60,000 nt of DNA from Lama guanicoe (Eukaryota), in NCBI GenBank assembly GCA_013239625.1, contig MU054391.1:1180001-1240000 (forward strand), written 5' to 3'. Positions 51,345 to 60,000 of the stretch are shown piece after piece (within the stretch, counting starts at the first letter, position 1; every line of letters starts with the position of its first letter). Position numbers and translations under genes: made by a program. The notes under the pieces are model-generated. The model searched no databases. It was not told the DNA's origin and was given only the letters and a program-made list of their open reading frames with translations.

Positions 51345-51780
51345 TATTTGGGATAACTTCAGCTGTGTGAGTGAAGGAAACCCCAAATAACTGGGGCTTA
51401 AGGAAGAAAGGAGTTTATTTTTATCTCAGATAAAGTTAATTCAGAGATATATGATCTAGGGCAGACCTGATAGTTCCCCAAACGTCAGGGACTCTGGATT
51501 CCCTTGATTTTGTTGCTCTACCTTCCCCTACATGTGAGTCATAACTCACAGCTTCAAGAAGGCTGCTGGAGCTCCTGCCATTGTATTCACATTCCAGCAG
51601 GAAGAAAAAGAGACTGAAACAGACATGCCCCCTTCCTTGAAATGGCCCCGTCTGGAGTTGAACACAATCGTTCTGCTTACGCCTTTGTCAGAGCCCACCC
51701 ACAAGACCACCCTCCATACCAAGAAAGCCGGGAGACAGGATCTTTATTTAGATGGCCATGTGTCCAGCTGAGAATTTAAG
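51345..51780 (-). mobile_element. MaLR MLT1J/K-like LTR
   Basis: ggcttaaggaagaaaggagtttattt...aagaaggctgctggagctcctgccatt...cacattccagcagga. Confidence 0.72.
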
Positions 51781-52229
51781 GTTCACAACGAAGGAAGAAG
51801 GGAAAAGCGGGTATGGGGAGAAGAACGGACTCTGATCCTCTCCCCTTGTAGGAAGAAAGGCCTGGTGTTGGCTCAGCAACGCACATCCAGCTCTGAGCAG
51901 AGCTGGCACCCAAGGAAACGTTGTGAAAGACGAGTGAACCCCCCCAAAGTGAAGACTTCAACGCCGAGGGCATTCCCCATGGGCCTCGCACAGCCCCAAA
52001 GCGAGCAAACAAGGAAGACTCCCCGCTCTCGTGCCCCCGACGGGTCCAGCGTTGCTGTCCGTTCCCCGCCCCCGCTTCCCAGAAGGTCCCCAGCCCGCAG
52101 GGGCTCACTTTCCCTGCTGGCACTGACCTTCACTTCCACCTCCTCCTTGATCTCAGGAGTTTAGATGTTCGAGGTCGCCTGCCCAGCCCTTCCTTTCTCA
52201 GGAGCGAGAACAGAGACAAGTGCTTCTCT

Positions 52230-52560
52230 CGCGCCCACACCCCTTTCCTGCCACCACCTTCCGTCCCCACCTCTGCTCAGGCAGGGGGGTCACTTCCTCA
52301 CGTGCTGTTTCCAGCCCCGCATGGCAGGGATGCTGGCCAGACCCGCCTCCGCACGCGGTGTTGCTCCCGCCTCTGAGCGGCTGCTCTGCTCCTTCCTGTT
52401 CGCTCCTCTTCTGGTTTCCAGGAAACCGCGCTCTCCTGATCCACTTCCTACCTCTTTTCAGTCTCGGTTGCAGGGCCTCCTCTGTTTCTGTCTCATGCAC
52501 ACTGCTGTTCCCCGGAGTCCATCCTGAACCTTCCACACTCACTCCAGAAGGTCCACAGGA
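52230..52560 (+). mobile_element. LINE-2 fragment, GC-shifted
   Basis: ctggtttccaggaaaccgcgctctcctgatccacttcctacctc. Confidence 0.5.
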
Positions 52561-55034
52561 AGGTCTCATTCAGGTTCACAACTGCTACCACACGCACCCC
52601 CCTGCCCATCCTCTCCTGTCCCTCCAGTCCAGACGGACACACGGCTCCCGACGCGATGGCACCAGGAAGGCTTCTCAGAACCCAAACTCAGATTCCCCAG
52701 AGTCACCCCCTCCTCTCTGCTTCCCTCTTCAGTAAGAGACCCCTGTCTGTCCAAAAGCCAAAGACAGCGGCACAGGGGGTCCGAGAGCGCTCTCTCTGCG
52801 TCTTCACTTCACGTCCAGCTAGCTGTTCAGCTCTTACATGATTCCCACATCTGCTTCCATCTCCTCATGCTGTTGGTACAGACGTAACCCACCATGGACA
52901 CCCCAGCCCCCCCAGGTCCTCTCCCCCCTTCCCACTGCCCCCCAGCTCTAGCAAGCAAGGTTTCTAACAGAGATGTGGTTGTGACACCGCCCTGGGCACA
53001 GGCGTCAACGTCACCCGCAGAATCCGGCTTTCAGAGCTTGTGGGAAGGTAGCCACCCACATGCTGGGCCCCCCACCGCCCCTGCCACTGCCCCTGGCAGA
53101 AGAAGCCTGGGCACAGCTTGGCTCCGGAGTCGAGCTGGCTCCCAGCAGCAGCACAGCCAGGTGCTGCCCGAGCTCCCGCCCCAGGCCCCAGCCAGCGCCC
53201 CGCATCCCCAGCACACAGTGCACACTCTGTGAGTCTGTGTGTGCGAATCTGGCCCCAGACACCAATTCCCCGGGGACAACGGGGCTGCCACGCTGGGAGG
53301 AGGGCCCCCAAGGCATCTCTGACTGGGAGCAAGTTCTGTTCAGACCCGCAGACCCGCAGCCCTCCACCAGGGCCTCCCGGTGCAAGGCCAGGAGAAGGCC
53401 AGTCTGCCCCTGCCCCTTCCTCAGGCTGCTTGGCCACCAGGGATCCGTCTGCCAGGCCACAGCTCAGGGCCGTTCCAACCATCTGACCTGCAGCTTCCAT
53501 CACACACCCAGACCTGTCACCCAGATCGGACCCCACTCCAGGTGTCAGCGTCCAGACCAGCCCCCGCCACCCAGTAACACCCGTGGCTTTGGTGAAGCGG
53601 GCCCTCTGCCCACCACCATTTGCTGCAGCGACTCACTGCAGAGCTGGGGCCTAGAGTTCCCTCCAAAACCAGTTTGAGGAGCTCAATTCAGCGAGAAAAC
53701 GCCATGACCCTTCTTCCTAACTCAAATCTTAGGGAGTAAATAAATTAGGCTGTGTATTCCCTGATTGCTATTTTTTATCTTCTCTTCTGGCAACGTTCAC
53801 TCCATTTGATACAGAATCCAGCCTACGTTTCCTGAAACAGGAGCCATCGGCCCAGATGAAGCTGGGAAGCCCGTCTGCAGACACATCTCCTCCTGATCCC
53901 CTCTAGGGCCCATTCGCTTTAAGGCACTGGAGGCAGCCCCGGGAAGTCTCGCAGGGCAGAGGGGAAGTGCAAGCACCGAGGAGAGAGCCCAGATCCGCAG
54001 TCTCCCCTCGCAAGCCAGCCCTGCCGGAGGGGCTGCCTCCTGATGCCCACAGGCCATTTCCCTTGGCGCGAATGGAAGCGCAGCCGGGGCGCCTCCTTCC
54101 AGGGGAGCGTTAGACCCGGGGATTGGGACCTCGGCTCTGAGCAGGGTCCCCACTCGTGACCGTCCAGAACCGCTGCCTCCGCAGCCTCACAGGGTCCCCT
54201 CCAGCAGACCCATTTACCAGCGACTCAGAGCCCAAGCTGCCATTTCAAAAACGTCCACATTTCATCACAGTGAGACTTGGCGAAGATCTAAATTTGGTGA
54301 TGACACGGCCCATTGGACAATCTCTCCTTCTATTTCATGTGTGTAAAATAATGGGGCTTTTCAAAATTGCTCTAATTTTCCTGAAAAGGAATAGAGTTTG
54401 GGGTGCTGTCTGTAGAGGGAATAATGAGGACAATAAAGCATGTTTGCAGGCGGAGGTGGAGGAACAAAGCGAGGGCTTTGGGAGGGTGGCGAGAGGCTGG
54501 CGGCGGCGGCGCCCACGGGAGGCAGCGGCGCACGGAGTCCGGGAGCAGACGTTAATTCACGGCCTGACTTATTTCCGAGGAGGGAGGCGCGTCGGCAGAT
54601 GGCAGAACATCAGGACATGGGATTAAGATAGATTTTAAGAGGACAGGTGTGCAGGGCAACGTGGCCTTTTCAGCCTCGGAAGTGCTGCGCCCCTTGGTAC
54701 TTCGCCGCCTGGGGGACCGCGAGGCGCAGCCCCCGCCCGCCCTGCAGCCCACGCGCCCTTGCAGGTGTGCTCTGCGTCCCGTCCCAGCCTGAACTCCAGT
54801 CCGCTCTGAGAGAGATGAGTGTCTCCTTCCCCTCCTCTCAGCAGGACCTGCAGGCTCCTAACTCAGGGAGGAGATCCTCATTTAGCGGGAGCCCCGCTGG
54901 CGGGGCTGGGCTGGAATCAGGGGTCGGAACCCTGCATCTGGGCGTGACGGGCCCGCAGTCACAGAGGAAGACAGGGACACACCTCTGTGCACGAACGCAG
55001 CCACACTGGACACGAAAAACACCGTGGAATTAAA

Positions 55035-55800
55035 TGCCAAGTGGCCAGTGAAGCAGTATCTGCAACAGGTAACAGACCAGTATCCTTAAAATGTAAAGAA
55101 ATCTGACAAAGAAATAACAAATAGCTGACAGAATAAACAGGCAATTGAGAACATAAATGGTCAGTAAATATGGGAACATATTCTGGTTCATTAGAAGTAC
55201 AGTTCAAATGAAGGTACAAGTTGTGTGCTGTATCCGTCAGACTGACAGAGGTGGAGATAAACGCGAGTGAGTATTTCAGAAGAAGCGAAACAATGAACAC
55301 AAATCTCTCGGGTTTGTGGTGGTTAGAACATAAACTGGTGCATTTCTGAACGATCCATTTGGCAATTGCTATCAAGAGTCATACAAATCCCCTTGCTCTT
55401 TTACCTCGAAGCAGTGCCTTGACGAATGTACCCTAAGTTAGCATCAAAAATACACACACAGATGTGTGTACAAGCAGGCTTAGCACAGAGCACTTGGAGC
55501 GTGCAGCAAATCCACGCCTTCGCCCAGCAAAGTAATTGTTGAGCGTCTACTGCGTGCCTCGTGTTGTCTGTGCACAGGCAAGAAACAACTAAATACGCCA
55601 TGAAATAACAGTTCGCGGTTCACTTGGTGAAGAAACAGGGAGAAAGGAAAAGGGGTGGAGGGAGAAGAGCGTGGTTTTTAGCAGAAACACTAGGGAGCCA
55701 CGGAAGTAACACCACAGGGAATGTTTAATAGCGACGTAGAAAATAGCCCGCAATGGTTTAAGCCATAAATGGATATTGTAAAGAGAAAAAAAAAAAGATT
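55035..55800 (+). mobile_element. Old L1ME-like ORF2 3' fragment
   Basis: aaatggtcagtaaatatggga...taaactggtgcatttctg...atttggcaattgctatcaa. Confidence 0.65.
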
Positions 55801-58399
55801 ACGATTGCCTAAAAAGACCCCAGAAACCAGGTCTGCGGACAGGAGGCGAGACATCTTCCCAGAGAGGGTTAGTTACCTCTGGGCGACGGAGTCACACGGG
55901 ACTTTCTAGAAGCGACTTCTGGTGTTTCCCAAGGTTTCTGCAACTGTGCGCTTTCCCAATGACACGTGCTTCTTTCAGAATATACGTTCACATTTCACAC
56001 GGAAGTTTCAAGTTTCGTAAGGAAGTGGGAAATGTAAGCCCATAACAGACCTCGGGTTTCTTCACAAATTGTGATCAACGCCTCCACCGAGGAGCTTGTT
56101 ATGCGCGCGGTGCTGTGCGTGAGGAGCACGGGGGGACGCGGCTGAGGCCAGGGCGGACGAGCCTTCTCGAGGGGAGCATCGGTGCACCTGCTCCCGCCGC
56201 CGGGGGTTCGGCCGCTCTATGGAGCGGGCGGGACAGAGCTCTCTGGGTGGCAGGCGGCCCCTCGGAGGCCCAGCAGAGGGTGGGAGCTCCCTCCTGGGGT
56301 GGCCATAGATTGGGGGCCGGGCTGCACCTATGTGGGGTATCTGGTAGGACCAGCAGCCGTGGGAGGAGATGTTGGGATCACACACAACCTCGGGGTCCAG
56401 GAAGGGGGTCCAGGAAGGGGGTCCTTGTGGTTTCACCCCGACCACCTGGCTCCACCTCAGCTCAGAACAGCCCCGGCCAAAGAGCTTTCACCCACGGTTC
56501 ATCAGAAGATTCCCCCAGAAAGGCCATTCTGCACCCCTGCCCCAGCTGTGGAGAAACAAAACCATGAAAACCGTGTTGATGAGAGAAGCTTAGCTTTTAA
56601 AGAAACACGAGCATGCGGTGGCAGCCCTGTCGTGAGAATACACCGCGTCGATGGCGCCTTCATGTGCCGATCGCTCCCACTGGCCCCACCTGTGCACGCC
56701 ACAGCGGGTTCTTCTGCAGACACCACGGGCAGGGACAGAGGGAAGGGTCCCGCAGGAGGCAGCTACCCCAGGGGCCCCGACTTCCTGCACCATGGCCGGG
56801 GCAAGGCTACAAACCCCGGAGCCCTGGACCCGGCTGCTGGTGCTGGAGAGCGGGCGGAGGAGGCTGTTCACCTCGTGCTCTTGTTTCCTGTGGGACTGAA
56901 TGTGGCATTTTAACCTTTCAGGCCAGGCCTCTCGGGGCTCCTGTGAGGTCACACCGTGGAGGTGGGTGGCGTTCTGCCTCGTGCTGGGGAGGAAGCCTCC
57001 AGAGAGGGCCCTTCTCTCATTCTGCGCATCTGCAGACCACGATCGCAGAAGCTTCTCCAGGGAGGCCGCCCGCCCGCTGGCCCCAGTGCCCTGGAAGGCT
57101 GCCAGCCCCGGCAAGGTATTAACACTTTGCTGGAGGTGACGCCTAACACTGGCTGTAGACACTCGGGGTGGCGGGGGAGAAAGGATCGTTGGTCTGCAGA
57201 GCCCAGAGGGGAAATGCAAAATGCACTTGGAGCTGCCTGCAAGGAAGTGAGTGTGCTGATCCTCTGTGGAGATGAGAAAGTAAATGCAGAGTCAAGGAAG
57301 CTTCCAGAAGGCTTGCGGGGAGAGGGGCCAGCATAGAGCGGAGCTCTTCCCCCGCTGCACCCGGGTCCCTCCCCACCTTAGTCCCCGCTCCTCTCCCTGC
57401 TGCCCCTGCGGTGCCTTCTAGGACTCGCCCTTGGCTCTGAAATGTTCCCTCTCTGCCTGCGATGCCTGGAGGAGCCCATCCAGTCCCGGAGGCACACCGG
57501 GGACGGCACGCAGCTCTGAGCACAGCCTGGACCGCCCCACAGCCCGGGCTCTGCGTCCCGGATCACCTCCGCCTGGACCAGCTCGCACTCAGGACCCAGG
57601 AGCGGGGGTCAGCACCCTCCCTCCCACGCCGCCTCCCTCCCTAAATAGTCCGGCACTGTGGTCGTCAGAGTGACCACCGCGCCCGGCGGTCTGTGCCCCT
57701 TGCCGGCTCCTCCAGGCCTCCCCTCGCCCGTCTGAGCACACTCCCCGGGCCCGCCCAGCTGTGCCCGTGCCAGGCCCTCCGTCCGGATGCCGCGGCTGCA
57801 GCGTGGAGAAAGCTGCCCAGGCTCTGGACCAGAGAGGCCGGAGCGCCGTCTGATTCCTTCCGGACACGGTTTCCCCGACTGTGCGCTGCTGACAATGGCG
57901 CTGTCTGCACGGGCAGACTGGAGCTTCTGGGGTGTAAAAGCCCTGGAGTGGGGAGAGTGACAACTGCCTGGCGGGCTTGTCAGAGATCCTGGGGGAGGAG
58001 TAGACGGAGGAGGGTTAAGACTGACAACTGCCTCTAGGACGCGCTTAAGTTCAGGGAGTCATTTCAAAATAGACAGACTTCACAACCTCAGAGAAGATGG
58101 GCTTGCGTCAAACCCCAGCAGAACCACAAGTACAAGATGGTGAGTAAAAAAGTAGGTCAGGCGAACAGGAACTGATTCTATAAACTACTGTGCAAAGAAA
58201 ATCGTCGGTCCTGCCCGTAGAAGCACAGAAACGGACTAGAGTTTGTGCTGGACACAAAATCAGCTACACCGGGGTCACCACCACACCCCACTCTGGAAGG
58301 AAGTACCCAGGCTGTGGCAGTCAGTGACAGAAGACAGCGACCAGCAAGTGCCACCTGGGCATGTAGGGGCCACACGACGGCACAGCCCAAGCCCGGTGC

Positions 58400-58585
58400 C
58401 CTCGCCCCGGGGCTGTGAGCACAGCTGCGGGAGAAGCAGCAGGGCCTGGGGCTGGAGGAGGCAGGAGGGGTCCGCCCGTGGCGCAGTGACGCCTGGACGA
58501 GGGACTCCTGTCTTCCAGACCGTGCGGAACAAACACGTGTGTTGTAAGCCACTGGCTTCACGCTGCTTTGTTCCAGCAGACTGGG
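58400..58585 (+). mobile_element. MaLR MLT1 LTR 3' end, GC-shifted
   Basis: ggactcctgtcttccagaccgtg...tgttgtaagccactggcttcacgctgctttgttccagcag. Confidence 0.65.
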
Positions 58586-59262
58586 CAGCCCGTCCCCCAG
58601 GCCTCCTGTCGGTCCAGCTCGGGTTTGCTGCCCCTTCACTGAGGCCCGAGATCCCCACGTATAAATCTCTCTGACCCAGGATTTAGAGCAACACCAGGGT
58701 TGACCGCCACTGCCCAGAAAACCCACCGCAGGGCCTGGCCTAGGTGCTGCCCTGGCCGCCCCGCGAGAAGCGGGGAACGGTTTCTCCAGCCCCGCAGTGA
58801 GCCGTCTGCAGCCTCTGCCGAACTCCACCAGCGTGAGGGGGTCACTCCAGACACCACCTGCCTCGGACCCTGGCGAGGGTTGAAGGCTCTCGTGTACCTG
58901 CATCCAGACTGTCTTCCCCCGCCACCCACCACAACCCAGCTCATCTGACCGTGCGGGCCTGGGCAACTTGGGATCCAGTGCCGGCCCTGGAGGAGGGAAG
59001 GCGGCCGCAGCCCTCCCTCCAGTCCTTGGCGTCATGCAGTTACAGGGCAGGGCAGCTCTGTCAGAGGCTGTGCCTTCCCTGGGGACAGGCCCCGCGTGTG
59101 ACGAGACGGCTCTGGAGCGGTCTGCTCTCCCACCCGGTGCTTCAGCTTAAGCCCACGAGCCTGCGAGCTGGGATGGCGGGCGAGCCTGCGGTCCCCCGGC
59201 AGACCAGGCCGTCTCCCCTTCTCTCCCGGGTCTTGGACTCCGAAGGTCACCCTCTCTGCCGC

Positions 59263-59308
59263 CCCCACACCGGGCAGCCCCGACCCCACACCGGGCAGCC
59301 CCGACCCC
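59263..59308. repeat. 21-bp tandem duplication
   Basis: ccccacaccgggcagccccga x2. Confidence 0.9.
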
Positions 59309-60000
59309 CTCCCGATCCCGCCGGACCCCACAAGCAGCTCCTGGGAAGGTTCCCCTCAGCACTCCTGGGACGGCGCTGCGCCCAAACGCCTCGGCGGGAC
59401 CTGCGGGGGCTGCCGCCCCCGACTCCTGTGCAGACTCAGACCCCGCACAGGGCGGTGCTGGCAGCCGCGTACCCGGCGCCACTCGCGCCCAAGTTGCATC
59501 TGCCGCCTTTCCCTTATTCCCTCCTTCTTTTCTCCATTAATTTATCTTCAAGTGGCAAAAAGATCAGGGCGTGTTTCAGACACAGCAAAGCCAAGAAGAT
59601 CCCTGCTGCTTATCTTCCAAGACGTAAGCTCCAGATTCTCCCCCAGGCCAGATGCAGGGTTATTCACAGCACACACTGAGCTGTCTGAGTCAGGAGCGGG
59701 CCACACGCAGCGCGCAGACCTGTGACAGCCCCTACCCCGGGAGGGGGAAGCCTGCTCTCCGCCGGCCGGGGCCTGACCTCAGGGGCACGGCTGCCCCCCA
59801 ACCCCGACTTGAGCGGCTTCCACCTCGGCTGCCCTTTGGAATAACCGGTAAGGGTCTTGCTGATACTGGCCGGCTTCAGGAAAGTGTGGATAATTAACTG
59901 AAGCTGAGGAAAGCGGATGTGAAAATGGTATCTGAAGACGGCATGGAAACCAGTCTTCACCAGCGAATCCTCGCACCTGTCGGCCAGGGCACGCTCTCGG

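Noticed and set aside
45400..60000. Long ORFs (e.g. 47189-47977, 56182-56913, 58178-59035) and possible further exons (45857, 46426)
   Set aside because: No recognisable protein similarity; some overlap repeats; they lie past the inferred terminal stop at 44727.
1..60000. CRISPR array, rRNA or prokaryotic system
   Set aside because: Mammalian DNA; no repeat-spacer array or rRNA similarity seen.

Overview
Mammalian genomic DNA, almost certainly camelid (two tRNA-derived vic-1-type SINEs, cetartiodactyl-type L1 3' ends). It is GC-rich and interspersed with L1, L2, MIR, MaLR/MLT, MER5A and an ERV solo LTR. I find no intact, nameable protein-coding gene; the listed ORFs are GC-rich or repeat artefacts. 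The main result is a CpG-island promoter at ~31.0-31.8 kb with three ZNF143/SBS motifs, sitting head-to-head between two decayed, intron-containing genes that I reconstructed by hand from splice sites. Plus strand (~34-44.7 kb): a Dicer-like C-terminal module with RNase IIIa, RNase IIIb and two dsRBDs, and no visible helicase or PAZ. Minus strand (~30.5-14.1 kb): an RG-rich N-terminus followed by a C18orf63/DUF4708-like domain whose last exons look PAZ-like. Together they suggest the fossil of a 'split Dicer-like' small-RNA gene pair. All homology calls rest on collinear motifs compared with reference proteins recalled from memory and need HMM or structure confirmation. A probable spliced L1 retrocopy is nested in an L1 3'UTR at 43.3-43.7 kb.
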